From: Macrostomum lignano
Taxonomy: Eukaryota
DNA: 64,000 bases
Assembly (NCBI GenBank): GCA_002269645.1
Contig: NIVC01000666.1
Span: forward strand, 124,001 to 188,000
Direction: 5' to 3'
The notes under the pieces were generated by a model, which worked only from the letters and a program-made list of their open reading frames with translations, had not been told where the DNA came from and did not search any database. The position numbers were made by a program, and so were the translations under genes. This document shows positions 37,275 through 49,934 of this stretch, one piece after another; within the stretch, counting starts at the first letter, position 1; every line of letters begins with the position of its first letter.

Positions 37275-37826
37275 TAAGATGAGCCAGACCAAGGCTGAAA
37301 TCTCTGGCATCCCAGAGCCAGCTGCCTTCGGTGTTGAGTAACGCAGACCCAATAATGATCTGCATCCATTTCCTCAAGTCCCCAGTGCTCATGTTCCTCA
37401 ATTTTATCAAAAAAATCAGCGCAATGCGAAGGCCTGTGCACTAAAGATTCAGGCCGGTTCACATGATGAAGTACTCATCGGTACTACAGCTTATAAATAT
37501 GAGGGTTTTTGAGTATGCGATCCCATTTAAGAATAACTGAGCGCCCAGGATATCTGGAGTAGAAGTCCATAGCACGAAACTGCAACAGGAAAGGAGACAC
37601 GAGAGGGGGAAATCGAAGCACGAGCTGACAGCAGCTCGATTCGATTGTCTGGGAGGGGGGGGGGCGGACTTGGGAATAATGAATGGCATTCGGCTTGTAA
37701 TCAAATTGATTATGAAATCGATTCCGGGCCTCGGATAATTTCTGCTGAAAGTGAAATTTAATTTTGCGAATAAAAGCTGCCGACCGTCTGTGCGCAGCGG
37801 ACGCGCAGATTGGAGCTTCAGGAGCT

Positions 37827-38362
37827 TCTGACAGTCTGACATCCCAACAGTCTGACAGTCTGACATCCCAACAGTCTGACAGTCTGACAGTCTGACATCC
37901 AAAGAGTCTGACAGTCTGACAGTCTGACATCCCAACAGTCTGACAGTCCGACAGTCTGACAGTCTGACATCCAAACAGTCTGACAGTCTGACAGCCCAAC
38001 AGTCTAACAGTCCGACAGTCTGACATTCTGACAGTCTGACATTCTGACCGTCTGACATTCTGACATTCTGACATTCTGACAGTCTGATATTCTGACAGTC
38101 TGACATTCTGACAGTCTGACATTCTGACAGTCTGACAGTCTGACATTCTGACAGTCTGACATTCTGACAGTCTGACATTCTGACAGTCTGACATTCTGAC
38201 AGTCTGACATTCTGACAGTCTGACATTCTGACAGTCTGACATTCTGACAGTCTGACATTCTGACAGTCTGACATTCTGACAGTCTGACATTCTGACAGTC
38301 TGACATTCTGACAGTCTGACATTCTGACAGTCTGACATTCTGACAGTCTGACATTCTGACAT
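37827..38362. repeat. 8-bp-based repeat (TCTGACAG/TCTGACAT)n
   Basis: Direct inspection; becomes a regular 24-bp period at the right end. Confidence 0.95.
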
Positions 38363-38829
38363 ACTTCAGGCTGAGTTAGATAAACATTTAGGATTAGGAA
38401 ATAGCAGTTAGTTAGTGCTTTGCATCGAGCAATCAGGGTCAACTTTCGGAGGTAGTTGAGTTACTGACTGATTGGCTGATGAAGCTGGATACCAGTGCAG
38501 CTTTCGGTTTTCGGAATCTGGTTGCCGGCCTGAACTTTGAACTTTCAGAAAATTAGTAGGAAAACAATTAAAGCAAATAAAGCTATTGAAGCATGGCTTG
38601 AAGTTGACGGCTTGAATGACATCTTTACTTTAAGCCGAATATGCAGTCACTTCTGTTTTATTTCTCATTTATTTGAGCATCTTGATCCAGGTTCACTGAG
38701 ATTGCAGGAATTTCTACTTTCAGTTCTGTCTGTCTGGTTGGTGAAGGTTCCTGTGAAATAAAACAAAGGAATAGTTGGGATGTACACTTTCACGACTCTA
38801 ATGTACACTGCAAAGACTAGTGTAGGGCT

Positions 38830-39150
38830 CTAATGACCAATGTATGACTCAAATGACTAATGCATGGCGCTAATGACCAATGCATGATTCTAATGACCAT
38901 GGCATGACTCTAATGACCAATGCATGACTCTAATGACCAATGCATGACTCTAATGACCAATGCATGACTCTAATGACCAATTCATGACTCTAATGACCCA
39001 TGCGTGACGCTAATGACCGATGTATGACTCTAATGACCAATGCGTGACTCTAATGACTATAATGACTAATGCATGACTCTAATGACCAACGCGTGACTCT
39101 AATGACCAATGCGTGACTCTAATGGCCAATAAATGACTCTAAAGACCACT
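38830..39150. repeat. 20-bp minisatellite (ATGACTCTAATGACCAATGC)n
   Basis: Direct inspection; lies 3' of the GPCR stop. Confidence 0.9.
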
Positions 39151-39274
39151 TTATGACTAAAATAACTAATGTCAGACTTTATAATGACTTTAAGGAGAAA
39201 TATCGGGCTGTAGTGTCCACTTCCCCGGCTGCAATTTACACCTTTTGGACCCATTCCTACATCCGTCGTGAGCA

Positions 39275-39895
39275 TCAAGAAGCCGCACACCTCGCCGAGT
39301 TCGTCCGCTGCAGCCGCTTGGCTCCCTGCCCGCTGCCGACTGCAGCCTTCCTGACTGTCAGGTGACTTCCATCGCCGGTGGGCGCTCCGAGGGCGCGGCC
39401 GTGGGTCCTCAGAGCCGGCGACTCCGGCTGCCTGCAGCGGCATCGCAGCAGCCTCCAGCAGTGCCGCCTGTACTCCGAGCTGATGCAGAACAGGCAGCAA
39501 GGATTCACAACACTGTTGGCGTACCCCAGCACCAGGGTGCCGAACTGGATGAGGTACATCCGCTTGCTGGTCTCGCCATCGTTGGACTCATCCTCACCCA
39601 TGTGCAGCCACAGGGTGAGACCGTGGTGCGGGCCCCAGCAGATCAGGAAAGCCGCCAGCAGAGCCAAAAACAGCCGAGCCGTCTGCAGCCTGCGGCACTG
39701 CCGATCAGCCTGCTGCGAGCTGCACGACAAAAATTTTAGCGACTTTTTTAAAGCACGAATGCTCAAGCCGCAGAAGGTGGCCATGGCAGCGGCGGGCACC
39801 AGGTAGAAGCAGATTAGCAGCGCCACCGTGTAGCTGCGCTTCAGCACCTTGTCGCCGTCTTCGTTACACACTTGCAGCATGAAGATGCCCATCAC
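39275..39895 (-). CDS. Class A neuropeptide-type GPCR, exon 2 (ECL2, TM5-TM7, C-tail)
   Basis: TM5 FYLVP, TM6 FLICWGPHH, TM7 GYANSVVNP. Acceptor cccgcgcag, phase 0. Confidence 0.9.
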   Translation of the reverse strand: MMGIFMLQVCNEDGDKVLKRSYTVALLICFYLVPAAAMATFCGLSIRALKKSLKFLSCSSQQADRQCRRLQTARLFLALLAAFLICWGPHHGLTLWLHMGEDESNDGETSKRMYLIQFGTLVLGYANSVVNPCCLFCISSEYRRHCWRLLRCRCRQPESPALRTHGRALGAPTGDGSHLTVRKAAVGSGQGAKRLQRTNSARCAAS

Positions 39896-39939
39896 CTGCG
39901 CGGGTGGGGGAGTTTAGTATGCTCAGGCACTGTACTCAC

Positions 39940-40535
39940 GTATGCTCACTGTGCTGACCTATGCTCACTGTGCTCACCTATGCTCACCGTGCTCACCTAT
40001 GTTCACTGTGCTCACCTATGCTCACTGTGCTCACCTATGCTCACTGTGCTCACCAATGCTCACTGTGCTCACCTATGCTTACTGTGCTCACCTGTGCTCA
40101 CTGTGCTCACCTATGCTCACCGTGCTCACCTATGCTCACTGTGCTCACCTATGCTCACTGTGCTCACCTATGCTCACTGTGCTCACCTATGCTCACTGTG
40201 CTCACCAATGCTCACTGTGCTCACCAATGCTCACTGTGCTCACCTATGCTTACTGTGCTCACCTATGCTCACTGTGCTCACCTGTGCTCACTGTGCTCAC
40301 CTGTGCTCACTGTACTCACCTGTGCTCACTGTGCTCACCTATGCTCACTGTGCTCACCTGTGCTCACTGTGCTCATCTGTGCTCACCTATGCTCACCTGT
40401 GCTCACTGTGCTCACTGTGCTCACCTATGCTCACTGTGCTCACCTGTGCTCACTGTACTCACCTATGCTCACCTATGCTCACTGTGCTCACCTGTGCTTA
40501 CCTGTGCTCACCTGTGCTCACCTATTCTCACTGTT
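39940..40535. repeat. Minisatellite (TGCTCACC/TGCTCACTG)n filling the GPCR intron
   Basis: Occupies ~90% of the 668-nt intron. Confidence 0.96.
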
Positions 40536-40563
40536 TCCACCTAGGCTCAGACACAATACGCAC

Positions 40564-41349
40564 CTGTTCTACTCTGTAGCGATGCGACACGAGGTTCGGG
40601 CAGCACAGCAGCACAGACAGGAGCCACACGCAGGCAATCCAGATGCCAATCCGTCGGCCAGTGATGGACGCCCTGGCTTGGATGGGATGGCAGATCACCA
40701 AGTAGCGATACAGAGCCACCGAAGCCTGCGACCAGATGCTCACGGACATGAGACCGCCTTGGACAAACGGCACCAGCTTGCACATGACTCCGTCATAGCG
40801 CCAGTCGTACACCAGGATGAGCTGGGCCGAGTATGGTGCGCACACCATCAGCACCAGGATGTCAGCGATGGCCAGGTTCAGCATGAAGGCGTTCTTCCTG
40901 GTTCGCATGCTGCCGACCAGGGCCACAGAGCAGACAATCAAGGCGTTCGCGGCCACCCCGAAGGCTAGAAGCAGAAGACCTGCCGCGGTCAGAGCCGGAC
41001 TGGGCTTGAACCGACGCTTGTTGAATGGCAGCACCGCTTCCCAAGATTCGTAGCACTTGACCAGCACCTGGGCCAGCTCTAGCTCCTGCCGCTTCGCATC
41101 TGCCGCACTTGTCAGGCAGGCATTCCTGGCCGCTGGCACCTGCGGCACAGCCTCGGTGAAATAGTCCACGAACTCGGCTACGGACACCGACCGAGTGGAC
41201 TGCGGCGACAGGACCAAGGAGGTGTTCTGGAACGCTGGCAGTAGCCACTGGCAGCATAGCCAGTCCTGGGGTGTCCTGGAGTTTTTAGGGGTGCTTGCGG
41301 TTTGGTTTTGATTGAAACTTGAGTATATTGGGGGTGATTTTTTCATCAT
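40564..41349 (-). CDS. Class A neuropeptide-type GPCR, exon 1 (long N-terminus, TM1-TM4); galanin/allatostatin-A or bombesin/CCHamide-like
   Basis: MRTRKNAFMLNLAIADILV (TM2), CKLVPFVQ (TM3 Cys), ALYRYLVICHP (DRY position), WIACVWLLSVLLCCP (TM4). Donor CAG|GTGCGT. About 468 aa in total. Subfamily uncertain. Confidence 0.9.
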
Positions 41350-41394
41350 GGCTTTGAGTTTGTTGCTTTGGGATAGAACATAGAAGTATATATT

Positions 41395-41810
41395 TTATGG
41401 CCTAGTACAATAAATATACTTAGGACTTGTGGCATGAGGGTAGGCGTGACTCTATGGCCTAGGGGTATAGAGGTTTTGAGTTTATGGCATAGGGGTAAAG
41501 GTTTTGATTTTATGGTCTAGAGGTAGAGGTTTTGAGTTTATGGCGTGGGTAAAGGGTTTGAGTTTATGGTCTAGAGGTAGAGGTTTTGAGTTTATGGCGT
41601 GGGTAAAGGTTTTGAGTTTATGGTCTAGAGGTAGAGGTTTTGAGTTTATGGCATAGGGGTAGAGGTTTTGAGTCTATAGGCCTAGGGGTAGAGGTTTTGA
41701 GTCTATGGGCCTAGGGGTAGAGGTTTTGAGTCTATAGGCCTAGGGGTAGAGGTTTTGAGTTTATGGCATAGGAGTAGAGGGTTTGAGTTTATGGCCTAGG
41801 GATGGATGTT
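41395..41810. repeat. 28-bp minisatellite (TTTATGGCCTAGGGGTAGAGGTTTTGAG)n
   Basis: Immediately upstream of the GPCR ATG. Confidence 0.9.
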
Positions 41811-42530
41811 TGCATTCTATTGCTTGGGGTAGAGGCCACAGTGTAAGGCTTATGAATGAAGGCTTGCATAGTTTCTTAGCACTTCTTTTAATAAACTAAT
41901 TGTTTGGCCGCCAAAGTTCTTGCCTGGGCCAAATTTAAAGTGAGTCGCCAACTCAAGCTTAAGCCGCAATGCCCAGCACGAATCTCCTCAGAGACAACTC
42001 TGATAATTACAAGTTTTTTCTGACTGTCTGCTTTTAGAGGCTTGTGTAGAACTTCACGCTTCAATCAACGGATTACTCACAGTCGCTGCAGCGCCTCTAT
42101 CATGTTGAGTTTGGCTTCGAGAATGTCTGAGAGAATTTCTTCTGGCTTCTTCTAGAAGAAAAATTTATCTAACAAGAAATTTTGGGGAGGATGGTTCGAC
42201 TGCTGCAGAAATAGTGTTTCTCAGGACTGCGAACTCTGCTCTGCCGCGATTGGTCAATGTGAGCCAAGGACGTCTAGAACCAGGATCTGGAGTGCAGCCA
42301 ACTCTTCCGCGAAAATCTTCATTTCAAATTTGGTTCACCTTCCGATTATTCGAACCTGTTTTTACAAGCTTGCTGCAATTTCAGAGCTAAAGTCTCAAAG
42401 ATAAATTCAAAGATGAAGTCTCATGTCGCGGCTTTCTTAATCGTTTCTTCAGTTCATCTGCACTCGTCATCTGTTTACTGTTTTCTCTCCCTGTCCCTGG
42501 ACCAAATAAGATAGTCAATTAATTGGGGTC

Positions 42531-44247
42531 TACGACGTTTGCCTGCGGGACGTTTGCCAGCCGACGTTTGCCTGCGGGACGTTTGCCAGCCGACATTTGC
42601 CAGCCGACGTTTGCCAGCCGACGTTTGCCAGCGGGACGTTTGCCAGCCGAAGTTTGCCTGCCGGACGTTTGCCTGCGGGACGTTTGCCAGCCGACGTTTG
42701 CCAGCCGACGTTTGCCAGCCGACGTTTGCCAGCCGACATTTGCCAGCCGACATTTGCCAGCCGACATTTGCCAGCCGACGTTTGCCAGCGGGACGTTTGC
42801 CAGTCGGACGTTTGTCAGCCGACATTTGCCAGCCGACGTTTGCCTGCCGGACGTTTGCCAGCCGACGTTTGCCAGCCGACGTTTGCCTGCCGGAAGTTTG
42901 CCAGCCAAAATTTGCTAGCCAATATAAAGCCAGTCAGTGAAAAATTTGATACTGAAACATTCGCAGTTTAGCGGTTTGACAAAAACCGTTTTTACTCCAA
43001 CTTTTTGACGGTTATTCGCATGTATACAAGTTTGAAAGCGAAATCTATAAATTATGAAATTTATGCAAAATCTATATAAATTATGCAATTTATATAGATT
43101 TACATCTAATATCCAGTTTAACAACGATTTTCTTTGAATGTGAAAATATTGTTTACTTTTGACAATTGTGTATCGTTTTTCCCAGTTTGAGATGTTTGAT
43201 TTTTGATCCTTATCACTTTACAATAAAGGACAAGCAAAGTGATAAAAAGCCATCCAATGTGAGAATCGATTGGTCTTTTAAAACTTTGCTTGTCCTTTAT
43301 AGTCTATGGCTCATAGACTAGGCTGGACGCAGCTAGGCCCTTCGTATTCAGCGTAGGCAGGATTCTCACATTGGATGGCTTTTTATCACTTTGCTTGTCC
43401 TTTATTGTCTATGGCCCATAGACTAAGGCTGCACGCAGCCAGGCCCTTCGCAGTCAGCGTAGGCAGGATTCTCACTTTGGATGGCTTTATTCTCAGTTAG
43501 GCTGACAAAACCAATAGAATAGCAAGCGCTAGACACTGCGTATGCAAAGCTTAGTCATGCCAAGGACTACTAAAGTAGAAGTACGCAGCACTCGAAATCT
43601 ATGAAAAATGTTTTGAAGGCCATAGGGAGATAGGAAGTTTTCATCTTTTCAGCACAATTGTTATTGCTTTCATACGAGGCAAACCCAATGTTCATCTTTT
43701 GATATGTTGTGCCAAAATCGTTGTTAAACTAGATATTAGACGTTAGACTGATGAACTGCATAATTTATAGATTTTGCTTTCAAACTTGTATACATGCGAA
43801 TAACCGTCAAAAAGTTGGAGCAAAAACGGTTTTTGTCAAACCGCTAAACTGCGAATGTTTCAGTATCAAATTTTTCACTGACTGGCTTTATATTGGCTAG
43901 CAAATTTTGGCTGGCAAACTTCCGGCAGGCAAACGTCGGCTGGCAAACGTCGGCTGGCAAACGTCCGGCAGGCAAACGTCCGGCAGGCAAACTTCGGCTG
44001 GCAAACGTCCCGCTGGCAAACGTCGGCTGGCAAACGTCGGCTGGCAAATGTCGGCTGGCAAACGTCCCGCAGGCAAACGTCGGCTGGCAAACGTCCGGCA
44101 GGCAAACTTCGGCTGGCAAACGTCCCACTGGCAAACGTCGGCTGGCAAACGTCGGCTGGCAAATGTCGGCTGGCAAACGTCCCGCAGGCAAACGTCGGCT
44201 GGCAAACGTCCCGCAGGCAAACGTCGCTATCCGTCGCAAACGTCGTA
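42531..44247. mobile_element. Foldback-like non-autonomous DNA transposon with ~550-600-bp inverted arms
   Basis: 42531-43131 and 43714-44247 are reverse complements, including ~230 bp of unique sequence (GCCAAAATTTGCTAGCC...TTTAACAACGATTTT) and an outer 14-bp repeat (GACGTTTGCCAGCC). Termini TACGACGTTTGC...GCAAACGTCGTA; a TA could be the TSD. No transposase ORF. Confidence 0.85.
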
Positions 44248-45504
44248 CATAGAAGTGAGGCTCAAGGCCCAAACGGGTATATTTATGTCATAAACTAGGG
44301 GGGGGGGAGTGCAAGATAAGACAAGGAGGAGGGGTGAAGTGCGCGACTAAGGCAAGAGGCGAGATTGAAGAGCCAATCAGAAGGCAGCGAGGGAGAGAGA
44401 TAAGACTAACAAGACTGAACTGGACATAGGGGTGAGAAAACAGAGTAAACAGAGACGAGTGCAGATGAACTGAAGAAAAGACAAAATGTCGCGACGTCAT
44501 TTTACGCTTTTAAACTTACTTGGATCAACATTACTTGGAATGCTACACTAAACGTCAGAGCAACTTGAAAACTGAAAATCGACAATTCATGCATCAAAGC
44601 AGTTTAACGTCTGTAGTTTGAAAAAGTATAAAAACTAATGCGCATTATCAAAACTCGAACTAGGACAAGATTTTCGAGTTTTCTGTTTGGGGTAAACTAA
44701 AAAACTGCAGTCAGAGTTATCGAGATGGTATCCCAGACTCCCAGTTCTGACCCCATTAGTCAGAGCTGGCTTACTCACCCTGATTAATTGCTGAGCTTTA
44801 ATCCAGCTAACAGCAGGAGAGCTGAGCACAGCCACTGAAAATCTGACCATGTAGACGTCGGATTACACCAAGATAATTAAAACGTATCCGCCAGGACACG
44901 CTGATTGCAGAGCTGCTCCGTTCTTAAGTCTTCTTTGAGCGTATTTAAGAGTCTGCAATCATTCAGGCTATGTCGGGCAGTCTGCAGGCTAATTAACTGT
45001 GGGCCACTAATCAGCTGCGAAGGTGTGCAGTCAGCCGCAAATTGTAAAATCAGGCTTGAAATAAAAAAAAACTGCGTAGAGCCTGAGATTTTTATTTTTC
45101 TTTCCGGAATTACGCTCGTATTATAACGACGTTCGACAATATGCTGCTTGATTCAGTCAGAATTGTGAGGGCCATTTAACCAAGAAGTGGAGGCTAAACC
45201 ACTTGTGGGACAAATGGAATAAATTAGATAATTACCCTCGATTGAATGGGTTATAAAACTGCTTGCTTATTTCTCGACCCATTTCTATCTCCCCATTGCA
45301 TTTGGCTGAACCTCTAAAATTCTACCTTGCCAGACAAAACCGATAGAGCAGCTCGCCTGGTGGTCAATCATGGTTTGGTTCGCCGATCCCAACCTCCCAG
45401 GAGATGCCAGCTCTCAGTGTCAGTACGAGCTAAAATGGCACATTAACTCTCAAGACCTGGAGGTAGAGGGACAAGACCCAAGAGCCTGAGGGTCTTGATC
45501 TTGA

Positions 45505-45995
<491 letters not shown>

Positions 45996-46513
45996 CCAGA
46001 GCCGGAATTGAATCGGTTCTCCGATTTTCCAGTACAATTTTCTCCAAGAGAGAAATTTTCGCCAGTTAGCCGCAGGGCTTTGAGTCGGCAGAAAATAATT
46101 GGCTCGGCCTGCCTTTCAAACCGTCTGCTTTGCGGAAGAAGAAATTCAGGCAATAGATAACGTCAGAAAAGTTCTGAATCAGAGTTAAATTTGAATGGGT
46201 TTCACCTGCGGCTTTTAGATTATCCTCGTGAATTAAAAGACAATTTGAGACAATTGACTTCAACGTTGCAATTATACTTATCAGATTTTTCCAAGAAACA
46301 AACAGACAAAACGAAGTCGACATTTAATTCTAACAGAAATTAAAAATTGAATACTATTTCTTTTGTGCATCCTACTTACTTTACAGTTGTTAGTAGTCTA
46401 TATCAAATGTTAAATTATTTTTTCTCGTAGCTCGTAGAAAAGATATCGATCGGGGCTTGCGTGACTTTAATATGGGAAAAATGGGAGTCGCCTAGAAATT
46501 CCTAGAAATGCTA

Positions 46514-47135
46514 GAGACGCCAGCACCAGAGGTGCCAGCACCAGAGGTGCCAGCACCAGAGGTGCCAGCACCAGAGGTGCCAGCACCAGAGGCGCCAGCA
46601 CCAGAGGCGCCAGCACCAGAGGCGCCAGCACCAGAGGCGCCAGCACCAGAGGCGCCAGCACCAGAGGCGCCAGCACCAGAGGCGCCAGCACCAGAGGCGC
46701 CAGCACCAGAGGCGCCAGCACCAGAGGCGCCAGCACCAGAGGCGCCAGCACCAGAGGCGCCAGCACCAGAGGCGCCAGCACCAGAGGCGCCAGCACCAGA
46801 GGCGCCAGCACCAGAGGCGCCAGCACCAGAGGCGCCAGCACCAGAGGCGCCAGCACCAGAGGCGCCAGCACCAGAGGCGCCAGCACCAGAGGCGCCAGCA
46901 CCAGAGGCGCCAGCACCAGAGGCGCCAGCACCAGAGGCGCCAGCACCAGAGGCGCCAGCACCAGAGGCGCCAGCACCAGAGGCGCCAGCACCAGAGGCGC
47001 CAGCACCAGAGGCGCCAGCACCAGAGGCGCCAGCACCAGAGGCGCCAGCACCAGAGGCGCCAGCACCAGAGGCGCCAGCACCAGAGTCGCCAGCACCAGA
47101 GGCGCCAGCACCAGAGGCGCCAGCACCAAGGGCGC
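46514..47135. repeat. 15-bp GC-rich minisatellite (CCAGAGGCGCCAGCA)n
   Basis: About 41 units, nearly all identical. Confidence 0.97.
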
Positions 47136-47899
47136 TAGCATTTGCAGTTCTCTTGCTATGTTCATTGTGTCGGGAAAAAAGCTAAGGGGGATTTTTAGGA
47201 AATTTCCCCATTGAAACTCAACAGAAATGTTGGCCATTGTCAGCTCAGCTCTCGGATTCAAAATGGGACTATTAATGTGCTGTATTGCTGTGCATTGCAC
47301 ACTTACCGATCCTCTCTGGGCAAAGAAACCCCAAACAATGCTGATGCAGCCTTAGCAGGCTGGGCTATTCAATAGAAGACACAAAATACAACAATTGCGA
47401 ATCCCCTCATTCACCGTCACTCCCAGCATCCACCTCCATCTCCTTCCATTCTCTCCATAATTCTCCGGACGGGGAGCTCCGGCAAAGCATTGCGTGCATC
47501 CTTGCAGAGAGGAATTCTCCTTTCCCCAAGTTCTATTCCAGCCTGACTGACTGACTGACTCATCCGGATCCCAGACCTGACTGACGCCCCCCGTTCTGAT
47601 TGGCTCTCACGCCTCCCTCTCTGGCTGGGGAACGGGAGGGCGGGGGTGGCAAATGCCGGCAGGCCCGAGGCAAGAGCCGTTAAGCTCTGCAGCTCAAGGC
47701 TCACAGTAGGGAGGGCTGGCAAGAGAAGCTGACAACGTTTTTGTTTAATTAAAAATCCCCACGTTGACGGGAAAGTGGAGACTTGTAATTAAAGAGACAG
47801 CTTCACTGCCTGGAGACGGACAGGGAAGCCAGGTGGTACAGCAGAGCGAAAGCGATTTTTCATACTAAAAGGCCATCTACTTTTGCACCAAAGGTGAGT

Positions 47900-48380
47900 G
47901 GCATGGTAGGGGAGTGAGTGAATATTTGAGTGAATGTGTGAGTAGGTAAGTGAATGAGTGCAGGTAAGTGAACGGGCATGTCATTGAGTGAATTGGTAGG
48001 GAAGTAAGTGAATGGGTAGGTTATGTAAGTGAATGGGTAGGTTATGTAAGTGAATGGGTAGGCGAGTGAGTGAATGGGTAGGCGAGAAATTGTATGGGTA
48101 GAGAAATGAGTGAATGAGTAGGTGAGTTAGTGAATGGGTAGGTGAGTGAGTGAATGGGTAGGTGAGTGAATGAGTGAATGAGTAGGTGAGTGAGTGAATG
48201 TGTAGGGAAGTAAGTGAATGGGTGGGTGAGTGAATGAGTGAATGAGTAGGTGAGTGAGTGAATGGGTAGGGAAGTGAGTGAATGGGTAGGGAAGTGAGTG
48301 AATGCGTAGGGAAGTGAGTGTATGAGTAGGGAAGTGAGTGAGTGGGTAGGTGAATGAGTGAATGGGTATGCGAGTAATTT
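47900..48380. repeat. 20-bp minisatellite (GTGAGTGAGTGAATGGGTAG)n
   Basis: Direct inspection; degenerate units. Confidence 0.92.
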
Positions 48381-48711
48381 AATTACTTGAAACCTACCCA
48401 TTCGAGCTATTTATAGCTTTCCTGCAAATTGCATTTAAGTCCCTTTTCAGTCTGAAGCAGTTTCACATCCTTTGTCTCTGACTAAAACATTTTTGTGAGC
48501 TCAGTGCTCGAGTCCTCATCAAGAGCTGCTCCTTCCATCCAGCTTTCAAGAAAGACTTGAACGCAGTCCACTAATTGCAGGACTTCACCTGCTTCGGAGC
48601 TTTGAGTGCTGAGGAGGCAAGCAGCTAGCCCGAATCCCCTTTGTCGAAATTTGTTCCCATAGTTGAAGACTGCGAGACACCTGCTCATGCTTCAGATCAT
48701 GCGGTCTGTCA

Positions 48712-49560
48712 CCTTGGCACTCCAGTGTCTCCCCTTGGCACTCCAGGGTCTCTACTTGGCATTCCAGTGTCTCCCCTTGGCACTCCAGTGTCTCCACTTG
48801 GCACTCCAGTGTCTCTACTTGGCACTCCAGTGTCTTCCCTTGGCACCCCAGTGTCTTCCCTTGGCACTCCAGTGTCTTCCCTTGGCACTCCAGTGTCTTT
48901 CTTTAGCACTCCAGTGTCTCCCCATGGCACTCAACTTTCTCCCCTTGGCACTCCAGTGTCCTCATTTGGCACTCCAGTGTCTCTACTTGGCACTCCAGTG
49001 TATCTCCTTGGCACTCCAGTGTCTCTACTTGGCACTCCAGCGTCTCTCCTTGGCAACTCCAGTGTCTTCCCTTGGCACTCCAGTGTCTCTACTTGGCACT
49101 CCAGCGTCTCTACTTGGCACTCCAGTGTCTCTACTTGGCACTCCAGTGTCTCTCTTTGGCTCCTTGGCACTCCAGTGTCTCTCCAGTGAATCTCCTTGGC
49201 TCTCCAGTGTCTCTACTTGGCACTCCAGTGTCTTCCTTTGGCACTCCAGTGTCTCTACTTGGCATTCCAGCGTCTCTCCTTGGCACTCCAGTGTCTCTAC
49301 TTGGCACTCCAGTGTCTCTCCTTGGCTCCTTGGCACTCCAGTGTCTCTCCAGTGAATCTCCTTGGCTCTCCAGTGTCTCTACTTGGCACTCCAGTGTATC
49401 AATCTCATTGGCAACTCCAGTGTATCTCCTTGGCACTCCAGTGTCTCTACTTGGCACTCCAGCGTCTCTACTTGGCACTCCAGCGTCTCTACTTGGCACT
49501 CCAGTGTCTCTCCTACGCACTACACTTTCTCTCCTTGGCACTCCAGTGTCTTTCTTGGCA
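48712..49560. repeat. 21-bp minisatellite (TTGGCACTCCAGTGTCTCTAC)n
   Basis: Direct inspection. Confidence 0.95.
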
Positions 49561-49934
49561 CTTCTATTTGCTTACTTTTGCCATCTAGGAATCTTTGCCA
49601 TTACTCAAGCATTCTGGAAACAGGAAATATCCAAGTCATCATGAGATTTTCTCCCAAAAAATAAATTGTCTCTTCGTGGCCAGGACTTTCGTGGAATCAT
49701 TGAGGAGCTTACATTTGGATATTGCCTGGGAAATCCGCTGGTAATTGCTTGCTCGCTTGGAGCGCTCTGATGGTTTCCTGGAACTCAAGCAGCTGTGCTG
49801 TCTACTCTGGATCAATATCGATATGTTGAGTAGAAGATATAACTGTGGCCCCAGTCACATGGCTGAACTGGCGACGAGGCCAAGCATTTGGAGACATGCA
49901 GATAGCTAAAAGAAACTACTATGATTAGAGAAGA

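Noticed and set aside
43284-43495. Hammerhead or HDV-like ribozyme in the tandem structured units
   Set aside because: No CTGANGA...GAAA core on either strand, and I could not build the HDV nested pseudoknot.
44365-44500. AGCCAATCAG plus GACGTCA promoter-like motifs next to the foldback element
   Set aside because: No associated exon or ORF could be assigned; a motif match alone is insufficient.
46508-47185. (APEAP)n proline-rich ORF resembling a surface or structural protein
   Set aside because: It coincides exactly with a 15-bp tandem array, has no signal peptide or linked exons, and the opposite strand is equally open.
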